Shown here: one piece after another, positions 32,874-47,554 of the stretch | Numbering within the stretch: position 1 is the first letter of the stretch | Layout of the letters: each line of letters begins with the position of its first letter | NCBI RefSeq assembly: GCF_009914755.1 | Contig: NC_060927.1 | Direction: 5' to 3' (one strand) | From: the human T2T-CHM13v2.0 reference genome, Homo sapiens | DNA: 64,000 nucleotides | Program-made: the position numbers and the translations under genes | The notes under the pieces: generated by a model | Database searches by the model: none | Told to the model about the DNA's origin: nothing | What the model saw: only the letters and a program-made list of their open reading frames with translations

Positions 32874-34278
32874 GGTCAGTTTTGCTTTTTACGTTAAAGT
32901 ACATGATTCATTTAGTTTTTGTTTTTAAAATAAAATATCTGAGGGCCAAGTCTGTTGACTTAGTTCTTTAAATTTTACATCTAACGCAAAGTTACTGAGA
33001 CATAGAGCTTTGAGAAGTGCAATGTTATTTCTAGAGTTAAATTTAAATAAAACACTTAAAGTCTGAGACTATTTTCTAGTTGTAAAAACAGTTAAAAATG
33101 CATTGTAGATGTTCTTTTTCTTTCATTTCAAAACCTAAACAATGTTCTATTCTTTAAAGGTAGTTCATTAATAAGCAAAGATTTGTTACAACTGTGGTGA
33201 GAATAACATGTATGTATATTTTAGCATTTGGATACATCCTACATGAAAACATTTCTTTATATTTAAACAATTATTTCATATAAATAGAAGTCAAAAGAAA
33301 TGTTATCAGATGCTATAAAATAACTATCTTCTGTAATGTAGGATGCACTAGGAAAATAGTGAATAAAATATCATGTGCTGCTTTTGGCATTAGATTTACC
33401 ATACATTAAGATAAATGGGTTCATTAACTTCTTCCACCCATCTTTTTTATTTTGGAGACTGACTTCATATTACTGTGATAAGAGGCAGATTGAAATCCTG
33501 GCTTCCTGATGATATATCTTCTTAAATGAACTCTTGTTGATGTAGATTAAGTGGGCTAGCAGATACAGTACTACTCATAAAACAGCTTTTCAGAGCTTTT
33601 TATAGTTTAATAAACATTTGCCTATTTCCCAAAAATATCATGCAAGCATACTAAATATAAAGTCAATAATCTGTACTTTATATAACTATTACCATTGTCT
33701 AACAATGTGATTTATCTGTTTGGAACTAAATTGACCAAAGACATTAACAAACATGTCTGATATGGAAATTTAAGTTTTATGTCTTTATGGAAATATGTTT
33801 TAAGTCCTGCCTTTTTGTAATTGAGAGTTATATTTTTACTTGAATATTTAAATTTTATATGTAATTACAATAATAAGGCAACCTCTATCATGAACGAATC
33901 CTGATTTGGTGAGGTGAAATGTCTTAGTTTATGTTTGTATAAATTGTATACAATATTGTGTAATTTGTATAAAATATTTTATCTGAATTTAGTTCTTTAG
34001 GTCAGATGGAAAAACCTCTCCTCCCTAGCCCTACCTCCAATAATTGGAAAATCTACTTACTGACATGTCAAGTCACTTTTCTTGAGGAATAAACTTCTAA
34101 AAGTAGTAGTCATAGAGTGAGTTTAGACAGAAATTCAGAAACGGTCAACTAAAGTTAACTATACCCCTGTTGTTCACTGTTATCATGGCTTTCATTTTTC
34201 TATCCAGCCAAAAATACTTCTAGTTTTATTCCCTCCAAGTTTACTGCCTTCTTGTTTACATGCCTATTGCATGTTGTC

Positions 34279-34352
34279 ACTTATAAGTAGGAGCTAAACA
34301 GTAGGGACACATGGACATAAACATAGAGATAATAGACACTGGGAATTCCAAC
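34279..34352 (+). mobile_element. Short L1PB/L1MA 3'UTR fragment
   Basis: cacttataagtaggagctaaac...acacatggacataaa...aatagacactggg. Confidence 0.7.
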
Positions 34353-34663
34353 AGGATTTGGATTACATATTATATTATTCAAATTAAGTCCTATGTGCCT
34401 ATCAGTGGAGGTCCATAATAATTGTTTCAGAAATAATTTTAAACATGGAAGTTTGAAATGCATTTTTGGCATATTTTACCAGGGAAAGTTGGAGAGAAGA
34501 GCAGAGATTTTCTAGCTGTCCTCTTGGTATGCTTGCTTATGCATTAGCTTGCATAAACTGACACATCCTGTGTCAGCCCTTAAACCCTTAAGCTGAAGTT
34601 TGGGGAGGTGAGGAATCTCTGGACATATCCTTAAGTTGATTGATTATCAATTTGAAAGGGCAG

Positions 34664-35014
34664 TGTATTAGTCTGTTCTCATGCTGCTAATAAAGACATA
34701 CCCGAGACTGGGTCATTTATAAAGGAAAGAGGTTTAATTGACTCACAGTTCTACATTGCTAGAGAGGCCTTGCAATCATGGCTGAAGGCGAATGAGGAGC
34801 AAAGTCACATCTTACATGGCGGCAGGGAAGAGGGCATGTGCTTTATAAAACCATCAGATCTCATGAGACTTATTCAATATCACAAGAACAGCATGGAAAA
34901 AACCGCCTCCATGATTCAATATCTCCCACGGGGTCCCTCCCACAACCTGTGGGGATTATGGGAGCTACAATTCAAGATGAGATTTGGGTGGGGACACAAA
35001 GCCAAACCATATCA
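34664..35014 (-). mobile_element. THE1B-like solo LTR (MaLR)
   Basis: Antisense THE1 (tgtattagtctgttctcatgctgctaataaagac...gccaaaccatatca); perfect 5-bp TSD ggcag at 34659-34663 and 35015-35019. Confidence 0.92.
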
Positions 35015-35042
35015 GGCAGACCTTATTAATTGTCACCACCAT

Positions 35043-35665
<623 letters not shown>

Positions 35666-35721
35666 TAATTTTACTAGTTTTTGTGACTCACGACTCATTC
35701 AACACTTCTGGGATTAAAAAT

Positions 35722-36017
35722 ACATCCTCTGGTTTTGCATCCATGGATTCAACCAAGTGCTGATTGAAAATAGTTGAGAAAATGAAAAACAAAAAAAGAT
35801 AAAAATAATACAAATGAAAAACAATACAGTATAACAACTACATAGCATTCACATTGTATTAAGTATTATAACAACTCTGTAGATAATTTAAAGTATACGG
35901 GAGGATGCGCATAGACTATATACACATATGACACCATTTTATGTAAAGGACTTGAGTATCTGCAGATTCTGAGGAGGGTCCTAGAACCAGTGCCCCACAG
36001 GTACCAAGGGATGACTG
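35722..36017 (-). mobile_element. MER2/MER2B (TcMar-Tigger derivative)
   Basis: gcatccatggattcaacc...aaagtatacgggaggatgcgcatag...gtaccaagggatgactg followed by TA. Confidence 0.85.
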
Positions 36018-37800
36018 TATTCAGACTGAAACAAAATATTCTTAAACAGAAATCATTAGCCCATAGAATATAGTTCTAATACTAACCCTGCTTATAAAAC
36101 CTTTAAATTGCGTGATATTTTCTTTAAAAAATGGTGCGTTTTTAAAAGGCATGATCATGATGGTTGTATTTAATTTTAACTACATGTTCTAAAAGGGTCT
36201 CCAAAATAAAATTGAAAAAAAAAACCCCATTCACTTTTAAAATACTGAAGTTTTGTTGCCTGTTTATAGAGGAGTTTACAAAAAAAGAAAAAGAAAAGAA
36301 AAAGGTTCTTACATGTATCACTACACTGAAGCAATTGCCTTCAGAATACTTAGCATACACTTAAATTTGAGTCTTGTAACATTCTGAGGAACATTTATGA
36401 TGGGAGGGTTGCAGATGTTTATGGTAATTTAAGGAGGTACAAATCTTAAACATACATCAGTAGATTATGAATTCACAAGTGGTGATTGGTAGCACTTTAT
36501 AATCTGCAAATTGGTTTGCTAAAGTCTACCCTATAATAGAGGAAAGTGTAATGTCAGATGTAGTAAATTGCAATTTTTGGACATATGTTAATAGTATGCA
36601 GTTTCAATCCCTCATTAAAACAAAACAAAACAGCTAAAAGTTATGGTCCTTTTAAAAAAATGATTATGTTGTGTATGCCTGTGTGTGTATTTAAACTATG
36701 TTATTTACCTGAATATTCTGTCTACTTAACTTTGGATTTCCTCAAATTTTCTAAAGACCAGTTAGAAACAAAATGAGATCTTAAAATATTTTATCATGAG
36801 GATGTGGATTCCCTTCCTGTGTGTGTAATATTTTAACTTACTGTTATCTCTCACCTTCTAAGACCTTTTATTTATACGTGCTTCAATCTGATACTAGGCG
36901 TATGCGGGCTTATTCAAATATGTGCCACCCACAGCCTGCAGTGCCTGGGACATTGCTGGAGTTCCTTAAAGTCATTTAGACTCTCCATCCTTGGGTTTAT
37001 ACAACACGTTTGTTCCTTCAGTAATTCAATAAGTATGATCCTCAGTACCTCAGGAGGAACAAAGCTTCTTATGCTTAGAGATGTTAACATTTAGAATCTT
37101 CGGAAGGTTAGAAATACTTTAAAGGAGACAAGCATTCTCCTTAAAATGCTAGAATATTTCTATATTTACTTTATAAACATGTTCATGGTTGATAAATAAG
37201 TCAGTTTTGGGTCACAAAAAGGGGTTGTGCTGCACACTTCTGCATTCGGAATTATCCCCAACATAGTAAGCTTCCAGGGTGACATGTAGATGGAACTTTT
37301 TTAGAAATATATCAGTTTCTTGGGAAAGTGTTGTGGAGTAGAACAGATTTATAGAGCTGGAACCGTATTATACAGAGCTGTAGATCACTGCCGCCGACCA
37401 ACAAGACCAGATTTTTTTTTCCTTTTTGCAAATATTCACCAAATGTCCTTTGTCTTATCTTTCCTTGTTGAAGTAACAATTCAATTGGTTTTTTTTTGTC
37501 TGAAAAATCAGACCATTCCCTGTTCTAAATCATTTTTCTTGATTTTTGTTCCTAATCTCATACCATAAACAAATGTTTTTGTTTAGCTGTGTTTGTCAGG
37601 AATGACAGATTTAACAGCAAAGCATAAATGTAGATAGGTAGTTAAAAATACAGTACAATAAATCACTGCCTTTACCGTGTGTTTGTGAAGGGTTATGATT
37701 ATAAATGGAACATGAGTGAGGTAGAAAAAGAAATCCAATAATGTTATTTTAGGAGGATAGTGTTATAAGGTTCAGAATTGTACTCATTATAAAGAGCTTT

Positions 37801-38072
37801 TTGTTTTTTTTTCCTTTTCTTAAACTATACTTTCAGTTCTGGGACACATGTGCAGAATGTGCAGGTTTGTTACGTAGGTATACACATGCCATGATGGTTT
37901 GCTGCACCCATCATCCTGTCACCTACATTAGGTATTGCTCCTAATACTGTCCCTCCCATAACCCCCTACCCTCCAACAGGCCCCAGTGTGTGATGTTCCC
38001 CTCCCTGTGTCCATGTGTTCTCATTGTTCAACTCCCACTTAGGAGTGAGAACATGCGGTGTTTGGTTTTCTG
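37801..38072 (-). mobile_element. L1PA (about PA7/8) 3' end fragment
   Basis: Antisense L1 3'UTR, about 270 bp; weak TSD taaagagcttt / taaagaacatt. Confidence 0.9.
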
Positions 38073-38290
38073 TAAAGAACATTTTTAAAAGGAAAACAGA
38101 TACTATAGTTATTACTACTGAATGTTTTTAAAAGTTCTAATAAGTTCATATTTTAAATGTAATATTGCCTTTTGCATGAAGCACCTAGTGTATAGTTATA
38201 AAACTCATTGCGACCTAATTGATGAAATAGGTAGAGTGACGATTTCCACTTGATGAACGTTGCACATGAACTATCACACGTCGAAACAGC

Positions 38291-38323
<33 letters not shown>

Positions 38324-38354
38324 GCTATTTGGTATGCAAGATTGTTTCCTTGCC

Positions 38355-39736
38355 TTTTTTTTTAATTATTATTATACTTAAAGTTCTAGGGTACATGTGC
38401 ACAACGTGCAGGTTTGTTACATATGTATACATGTGCCATGCTGGTGTGCTGCACCCATTAACTCGTTGTTTGGCATTAGGTATATCTCCTAATGCTATCC
38501 CTCCCCCCTCCCCCCACCCCACAACAGGCCCCAGTGTGTGATGTTCCCCTTCCTGTGTCCATGTGTTCTCATTGTTCAATTCCCACCTATGAGTGAGAAC
38601 ATGTGGTGTTTGGTTTTTTGTCTTTGCGATAGTTTGCTGAGAATGATGGTTTCCAGCTTCACCCATGTCCCTACAAAGGACATGAACTCATCATTTTTTA
38701 TGGCTGCATAGTATTCCATGGTGTATATGTGCCACATTTTCTTAATCCAGTCTATCATTGTTGGACATTTGGGTTGGTTCCAAGTCTTTGCTATTGTGAA
38801 TAGTGCCGCAATAAACATACGTGTGCATGTGTCTTTATGGCAGCATGATTTATAATCCTTTGGGTATATACCCAGTAATGGGATGGCTGGGTCAAATGGT
38901 ATTTCTAGTTCTAGATCCCTGAGGAATCGCCACACTGACTTCCACAATGGTTGAACTAGTTTACAGTCCCACCAACAGTGTAAAAGTGTTCCTATTTCTC
39001 CACATCCTCTCCATCACCTGTTGTTTCCTGACTTTTGAATGATTGCCATTCTAACTGGTGTGAGATGGTATCTCATTGTGGTTTTGATTTGCATTTCTCT
39101 GATGACCAGTGATGATGAGCATTTTTTCATGTGTTTTCTGGCTGCATAAATGTCTTCTTTTGAGAAGTGTCTATTCATATACTTTGCCCACTTTTTGTTG
39201 GGGTTGTTTGTTTTTTTCTTGTAAATTTTTTGGAGTTTATTGTAGATTCTGGATATTAGCCCTTTGTCAGATGAGTAGGTAGCAAAAATTTTCTCCCATT
39301 CTGTAAGTTGCCTGTTCACTCTGATGGTAGTTTCTTTTGCTGGGCAGAAGCTCTTTAGTTTAATTAGATCCTATCTGTCAATTTTGGCTTTTGTTGCCAT
39401 TGCTTTTGGTGTTTTAGACATGAAGTCCTTGCCCATGCCTATGTCCTGAATGGTATTGCCTAGGTTTTCTTCTAGGGTTTTTATGGTTTTAGGTCTAATA
39501 TGTAAGTCTTTATCCATCTTGAATTAATTTTTGTATAAGGTGTGAGGAAAGGATCCAGTTTCAGCTTTCTACATATGGCTAGCCAGTTTTCCTAGCACCA
39601 TTTATTAAATAGGGAATCCTTTCCCCATTTCTTGTTTTTGTCAGGTTTGTCAAAGATCAGATGGTTGTAGATGTGTGATGTTATTTGTGAGGGCTCTGTT
39701 CTGTTCCATTGGTCTATATCTCTGTTTTGGTACCAG
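38355..39736 (-). mobile_element. L1PA (about PA4-PA5), 5'-truncated, 1.4 kb
   Basis: L1 3'UTR and ORF2 C-terminal peptides (ORFs 38576-38947 and 39014-39319); L1 similarity stops at ...ttggtaccag (39736). Confidence 0.95.
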
Positions 39737-41383
39737 AGAAACTCTTTTATATATTTTTAAGACATTATCATATCAAGGTACTTTGGTGTGATTTCCAACA
39801 GAATCAGCTAGAAAATGTTTTTTTTTTAAAGACAATGTGATTTGAGTATTTGATTATCATCACTGACCATAACTATAAATCATTTCCATGCTCTTATAAT
39901 CCAAAAACTACCTGTGGGAAAATTATTAGCAATCACATCTATGCTGAATGTTCATTCATATATAAATTAAAAAGCATTTTCACACAGAGACCTGATTTTT
40001 GTGTACATCAGAAATAGAAAAAAACCTAATATGGGTATTGTATTAATAATCACATGTGGTGAAGGAGTGAATAAGTATGTCTGTGACCATAATCTTGAGT
40101 AATATCTTACCTTTTAGTAAACAATAAAACTCATCTGCCTTTGCAGCTCTCTAAGGTTTATAAAATTATACTAGAGTGAATTATTTTAATCAGCACAGGA
40201 AATTTTGGCTCCAGATCTTTTGTCTTCCGGGAAAACATTGGCTTCCACAAAAGGTGGTCATTTTGAAGGCTGGCAGCAATTTCTGGTTGATGACTGTCAC
40301 TGAGGATTTCCATCCCTAACAATGGGAAGTATAAATATAATCTGACTGCTGTGGCTAATTTGGGTCCCTTTACAACTGTAAATAACTAGTCCAAGGTTTT
40401 TGCTTAAGGTGTCACACCAATGTTACAACTCTTGAATTTTTTCAAGTCAGGAATAGACATCTCCTTCTTACTGCTATGTGAAAGATAATTAATAGATCTT
40501 GTCTGTGACTCTTAACTTGGAAAACTGATTTGTTATGGGCAGAGAAATAACAGAGAATAAGAAATCTCAAACTTCGCCATCTCATGATCATCCCTGTTCC
40601 CACCGTGGAATTTGATTTAATGTTCTTCCACCTTGGACTCAGTCAGTGTTTCAATATTAGAAATTCTAGAAGCATGTTCTTGCTACAGTTTCACCCCAAG
40701 AAAAAGATTATTGCAAAACTCCACTCGATTTCAGGATTTTATTTTCCCTGGTACGATTTGCAGCCACCTGGAAAATGCCATGTTTATTTATGTTATTCTT
40801 CTTTATAAAGATTGCAAAAAATCAATGTCAAGGTGACTTCACATGTGCAAATTCTCAGCAACAAGTTAGTTTCATGTCAAAGTTTAAGAAAAATGTAGTT
40901 ATCATTCCTAAAACCAATTTTAGAGGCTGGAATTGTTTTGCTGAATAAATTCGGGTAAAGTGCATGCTTCCTTTGAACACCTGCATCCTGCATCTCATGG
41001 TCAGCAACCAAGTTAATAATTAGGAAATGCATCACATTTCAGCTGAGTTGTTTGAGCTCTCTGTGTTTAAGTACAGTCTCATTATTCAGATTGGGATTTT
41101 CTTTTTTTGGTAAGATGTATTTTTTACTTTTAAAGGAACCTGTAGTCATTGTTCATTCTGTAACTAAAGGTGGACACAGATATAAAATATTGCTTGCTTG
41201 TATTTTCTGTATTTGACCAGGAGTTATAAACAGAGTTGTTTGATAGTAGAGACGTGTTCTGTTGAAATTTGTGAAAAAAACATATTTTATCTAGATGAAC
41301 CTGTTTACCAAATACTTTTTTGATATACAGCTGGAAGCACCAGAAATTTCCCTCCTGGAGAAAGTAAAGTCACACTTATTAAT

Positions 41384-41893
41384 TGTATTAGTTCTATGCA
41401 GCTGCTGTAACAAATTACCTCTAATGGCTTGGTGGCTAAAACCCCACAGATCCATTATCTTATAATTATGTAGCCTAGAAATTCAACAAGGGTCTCAGTG
41501 GGCTCAAATCAAGGTATCAGCAGGACTGAATTCCTTTCTGGAGGCTCTAGACGGTCCATTTCCTTTCTTTTTCTGTCCGACAGGGGCCACCCGCATTCTT
41601 TGGCCTGTGGTCCCACAGCATCCTCAAAGCCAGCAACATTGTTCTCTCTGTTTCTTTCTTCCATAGTCACATCTCCCTCTGACTCTAGCTCTTCAGCTTC
41701 TCTTTCCCATTTTAAAGGACAATTCTGATGTCATTGGGCTTGCTAGGATGACTCCAGATAATCTACCTATTTTGAGGCCAACTGGCTAGCAACCTTAACT
41801 TTCCCTGTGCTATGTAACCTAACACATTCACAGGTTTACAGAGATTAGAATGCGGACATTCTTGGGGGATACGGCCTAGTTCTGCCTACCACA
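41384..41893 (-). mobile_element. MLT1D-like solo LTR
   Basis: tgtattagtt...gctgctgtaacaaattacc ... ttctgcctaccaca termini, about 510 bp. Confidence 0.85.
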
Positions 41894-42984
41894 AAAATGG
41901 AGCCGACTTTTAAAACAATCTTTGAAAGGCATAACTGATTTTTGGGTGCAACAGTAAAATTTAAATATTAATAAGATAATCAAAACAGCACGTCTAAAAT
42001 AATTTGTTTAAAAAGTTAACTTAAAAATTTCAGTTGAAACACAATTTTTTTTTTTATCAGAAATCCTAGCAGTTATGTGCTGTCCGACTACTTCACTAAT
42101 GTTATCCCCAAACAATTACAGGTGTAAGAGTCCCTATAGTTTTACAACATTAGCAAAACATTGTACCAGGTTTTGTCAGTCATAAAATGAGAAATTTCAA
42201 ATCCAAGTTTCTCCCTCCTTCATTGATATGAAGTGAAGTCAATACTCAATCTTACCTGGCATTCTTCTTCTTACTTGGGATTAGCAACATATGCTTATAT
42301 GAGGGTTATAGGCCTGTGTTCTAGATGCAAGGGAAATTGGGTTTGTGCTTTCATCTCAGAGAAGAATTCATAAGGTGAAATTTTCCCAGACACAGGCACA
42401 GTATTCAAAGAAGTGCAGATCAAAAAGCATGAACAGTGTTAGCTATAGGACTGTCAGAACATAATCGTTGCTTGACCCTAGCAAATCATAGCTTTGCTTT
42501 GTTTTTCCCCCAGATAATGCCTTCTAGACCACGAATTAACATGACTTTGGATGGTGAGAAAGCAGAGAAAGCATTTGGGGAGATTTCAAAATTGTTAAAA
42601 TCATGTATGTTGGAGTTAATATAGGAGAAAATTATGCCTACTGATACTAATATTTGTCTATGTCATATTTAACAATCAGAGTTCATTTAAGTGATTTTCT
42701 ATTCATAATTTAGAAATCAATTACTGTAAGTTCTTGATTAAGCTTATTAGATTCATTCATTCTAAAAGCCTGGTTACATTTTGTCACATATCAGCTCATT
42801 TAAACAACTGATACTCAAATACTTAACCTATGTTTATGCAAGGTAACACCAACTATAGTCTTTAAAGAGGGAATGAGTCACCGTATCTGGCAGCTATGCA
42901 AAAGTTTTGCATTGTTAATCATGAGCATAATGTAATGTGGCAGAGGGCATTGGGCCTTTTGAGTTACTGGGCGAAGTCTAAAAA

Positions 42985-43495
42985 TAGCTACCATTCACTG
43001 AGTCCAGAGCATAGGCGTTGCTCTAAGAATTTTTTTTATGCTGCCCTCCTCCCTTTTTTTTTTTTTTTTTGAGACAGAGTCTCACTTTGTTGCCCAGGCT
43101 AGAGTGCAGTGGTGCAATGAGGGCTCATTGCAGCCTTGATTCCCTTTGGGCTCAAGCAATCCTCCCACCTCAGACCCCTGGGTAGCTGGGACTACAGGTG
43201 TTGCCACCACACATGACCAATTTTATTTTTTTTTTTGTAGAGATGAGACCTCACTCTGTGATCCAGGCTTGTCTTGAACTCCTGGCCTCAAGCTATCCTC
43301 CCATTTCGACCTCCCAAAGTGCTGGGATTACAGGCATAAGCCACTGTACCCAGCCTATGTTAACTTTTCTTTCTACCAAACTTTTGAGATAGGTGCTAAG
43401 CTTATTCATATACTGAGATATAACTTGACAAAGGTCACTCAGCAGACTTATGGCAGAGTAAAATCTCTGTACATCTGTTTTGTCTCCTGAGTACA
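42985..43495 (-). mobile_element. MIR interrupted by AluJ
   Basis: MIR-like agctaccattcactgag before the Alu and taacttgacaaaggtcactcagc after it. Confidence 0.5.
43054..43355 (-). mobile_element. AluJ
   Basis: Full antisense Alu with J features (gggctcaagcaatcctccc). Confidence 0.92.
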
Positions 43496-43574
43496 TGTGC
43501 TTTGTTTAATACCCTACCTTTAAGTGGAATTGGTGTGTGTGTGTGAATATAACTAAGCAAATTATACCACAAGA

Positions 43575-44003
43575 GTGATCCTCTTGTGATTATTTCTTGT
43601 TACATAAGCCTCCTTTATAGCAGACTGGAGAGTTCCCTCTAGCTTTAGAGAAGTAAGCTGCTATGTTTTGAGAGGGCCATATGGCTAGGATCTGAAGGTG
43701 GCCTCCAAGAGTTGAAAGCAACTCTCGTTGACAACCAGCAGAGAAACAGGGACGTTAGTCCTCTAACTGCAAGAAGCTGAATTCTGCCATCAATCAGCAT
43801 GAGACTGGAAAAAGACCTCCAAGTTTCACGTGAGAATTGCAGACTGGTCGACACCTTGATTTTAGCCTCGTGAGACCCAGAGCAGAGGATCCAGTTGAGC
43901 CACACTCAGATTCCTGACCCATGGAAAATGAAATAATGCTCGTGTGTTGTGTTACGCTTCTAATTTTGTTGTAATCTGTTATGCAGCAGGGGGAAACTGA
44001 CAC
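43575..44003 (+). mobile_element. MLT1E/F-like LTR
   Basis: agaagctgaattctgcc...gacaccttgattttagcctcgtgagacccagagcagagga...tgttatgcagca...aactgacaca. Confidence 0.8.
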
Positions 44004-45425
44004 ATATTATGAAGGTTACACAGCTGATGAGGGGCTAAGTATTTTGCTGAGGAAGCTCGGCTGCAAATCCTCTGGCCTCTCCCATTATAGATGGTTGCCT
44101 TCAAATTCGAGGAGTCAGCAGTGAACCAGTCCAGGGAACTAGCATAACCCTCATCCTCTGGGCCAAGCTACTAGGTAGTTCCACTCTCATTAGAGAATTA
44201 TGGTTTGGTCCTCTGATGACCAAATTTAAAGGCAAATTATCGGTGATTTGAAATCTTTCTGAATACTAATATATGATTAGCTCTCTAACAATCCTTAAAA
44301 AGAAAGATTTTTCTAATAATTACTTTTATTCCTTTAGCAAATATAGGTACATCTGAATCAGGTCTTTTAATTTTAAACTGATTTTCTTTTAATGCAAAAT
44401 AAAAATTGGGGGCCTGAAAAAATACATACAATGTAGAAGCACAATAGAGCTAAGATATTTTAGGAAGTGTCTATTCAGGGCAACTTGAATCTATGCTCCT
44501 GGAAATAACATTTTAAAAATAAAAAAGAGAACTAAATATTTTAAAAGGTGTATGGCCTAATAATACCTATCTTTTCAAATTTTATTTCAAATGTGCCGTG
44601 CTGCCATAAAAGAAAGGTATGATTTTTTTTCTTTGTTTGTTTGTACTTGACTTCTATATCTTTATCACAGGAGTATAACAAAGATTATATGTATAGTCAT
44701 TAATCAATTTGCATTCCAGATTGTTGTTATATTGAGTCCATATATAAGGAAATAGATAAGTTGAAACAACTTAAAGAAATGAAGCAAAAGTGGTTAAAAA
44801 ATATAATAGCATAAAAATTATTGTAAGAAACGAAAAATTTGGAGCCCATAAAGATTTCATTAATGTAGTGATAGACACAGGGTCCGTATCTCTCCGTTGT
44901 CAGAGTTAACTAGATTTCCTCCCAAAAATGCTTTAAACAATCATTGTGGTTGCTTGTCCTACAATTATAGAATATGTTTATCTTTGCTTAATTGTAAAGT
45001 AGCAATTAGTGCTTATTATCAGGATATTTTAAATAACGTGTGAGAACAATTTACAATCTCAAGGAAGATGACTACAAAGCAGCTTTTAAAAAACTGTATA
45101 TATGATTCAAAAATCATTTGTAAAGACAACAATCATGTTGTGTTGAATAATTACTTCCAAATCGATACCAAAGATTGTTGGCCACTAATTAACTGTATTT
45201 TGCACTGTAAGAAACAAAATCTTTGGCAAATTCTGTCTGTAAAAGCATCAGAAACCTAAAAAGCCTCTACTTAGAAAATAAAATTTCCCTTATAATAACC
45301 TTTCCTCCAAAGGGGTATATTTTTATCATGTTAGGGAAGAAGTAAAAATTATCTGACAAAGTAAAATTTTAAATGCATAAAAATACAGCCTGATATGGGT
45401 TTTCATATACCAATTTTTAAACTAA

Positions 45426-45433
45426 ATATATGC

Positions 45434-45472
<39 letters not shown>

Positions 45473-45477
45473 TATAT
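45426..45477. repeat. (TA)n(CA)n microsatellite
   Basis: Read directly from the sequence. Confidence 0.9.
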
Positions 45478-46799
45478 GCTGCCATTTGAACTTTTACTTA
45501 GACATGTTGATTCAGTGAAGTGGTTATTCCGAATTTTGTCTGAAATATTTTAGACTAACTATTTAAAGAATAGTCCCTATATTGAAAAATTGTTCATCCC
45601 ATGGCAGTGCAGATGATAATCTTTCTCTACTCCTGTATTATTCCCTGCTCACAACAGCTGCTCTTAATTGAACCCTAAGTACAATTTAGGATTGTTTTTT
45701 TTTTGCTTTGTGTTCCAAGAATTCTCACTTTAAATCCATCTAAGGTTACAACAGCCTCTGTAGAGAGCACAATTTATCATGTAGCTTTTATACAAATGTG
45801 ACATGATCTCATTATATTTCTGCCAATGGATTTTATCACTTTAATAATCCTCTGCAATATTTATAGAATGTCATGATGAATCATATTATATTTATCATAT
45901 CACACAATAAATAGCATGACATGCTAATAACTCACTCCATTTTGGAGAGTGTTGAAATTATTCTTTGTAAGCTTGCATCAGAATGATTAGTCAGCATCCA
46001 GTCTCTTCATCAAATCTGTAGTCTTACACCAATTTATAACTTAGAATGGATAATGCAAATGAATACTCAAAATTATTTAATTATTTGCTAATTAATATTT
46101 TATATAAGTTAACTTCTTTAGTTGTACAAAATATTAAATTATGAAACCAAATATTTTTTATAATGAACCATTTTCTTAAGAATAATACCATAGACATAAG
46201 ACTAATAAGTCTTTGCAAAAACAGACGTTTATTGAACATTTTTCAAATTAGCAAGAATAAATTTAAGAGAAAACTTTATTTTAAGGATATTAGAATCCAC
46301 AGAGAAGAAAGGAATAGAGAAATATGATGTAGTCTGCCAATTTTATATGTGAAAAAACAGGCTCACCTATGTTAAGGAATGCAATCAGTTAGACTGACAA
46401 AGAAATGAAATTAGAAATTAGGTTTTCAGACATTTATCTTAGTGGTACTTTATAGTAAGTTCTTTTCTGTTCTCTTTAAAATTTCATGTTTATTAAGTTT
46501 TAAGAATTTAAGAAATAATATTTTATATAAATATTAAAAGATAATTAAACTGATAGATATAATCAATCAAGTTAGTTTAGATTGCATCAGAATCTTTTGG
46601 AATCCGGCTGTTATCTTCTTGACTGCGTGTTTGAAGGCAGCAATTTCTTTTCAATTGTCTTTTTGCTTTAATGTGAATTCTTGATTAGCTCTTTCGAAAC
46701 AAAGACACTTTCCATGGACAAATACGAGTCTCCAGCTCAATGACTGTAGGGTTCCTGAGGTTGTATGGCTGACCTAGGAAGCCCAAGGCAATAGCTGAA

Positions 46800-46980
46800 C
46801 AAAGTGGTTCAGGCTGTGAATTCTGGAGTCGGCTTTTTTGGTTTGAATCCCAGATTTGACACAAATCAGAAATGTGATCACAGGCCAGTTATCTGATTTT
46901 TCTAAGCCCCAGTTCCCTTCTGTTAAAAATGGGGATAATAAAGAATACAACACAGCTCACATCTGTTGTATGATTAATTA
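46800..46980 (+). mobile_element. MIR
   Basis: gtttgaatcccag...ctaagccccagttcccttctgttaaaaatggggataata core. Confidence 0.75.
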
Positions 46981-47554
46981 TTGTATATCAAGATCAAAGG
47001 AGGACAATATCTGCATAATAATCATCAACAAATAACAGCTATTGTGTATACTAGTAACAGGGACTAAGAGGAAACTTTTTGAACAAATGTTTGGAAAACA
47101 TGGTAGAGATTGGCAACCAAATTTAGTCAAATAGTTTACAGAATTCCTGTGATTCACTGCTTTTCTTTGCAATAGAATATACCAGAGCCTTGGAATTGTT
47201 TAAAAAAAAAAACTATTGTTTACCTGAAGAGCCATAAATATATCAGGCTCCATACAATTAAGTAGAAAATGAATCTCTTTTTTATATTATTCTTATCCTG
47301 TAGCATTTATCTGTACTTGGTGTCATATCAGAAACATTTCCGAGAGGGCCTGGTTTCTTCCAATTACGAAGTAGGAAATGTATTTTTTTTGTAAACTTTC
47401 ACCAATGCTCTAGTTACCAATATGAGAAATCTCATTGAAAACTACAATACCCTCTAGTGTATGTGATTGCATATTGTTTAAACATTAATGTTGTTTTAGG
47501 ATTTTTATGCAAAGCAGTAAAAATTTGAGGTTAAGCCCTAAAATATCATTTTCT

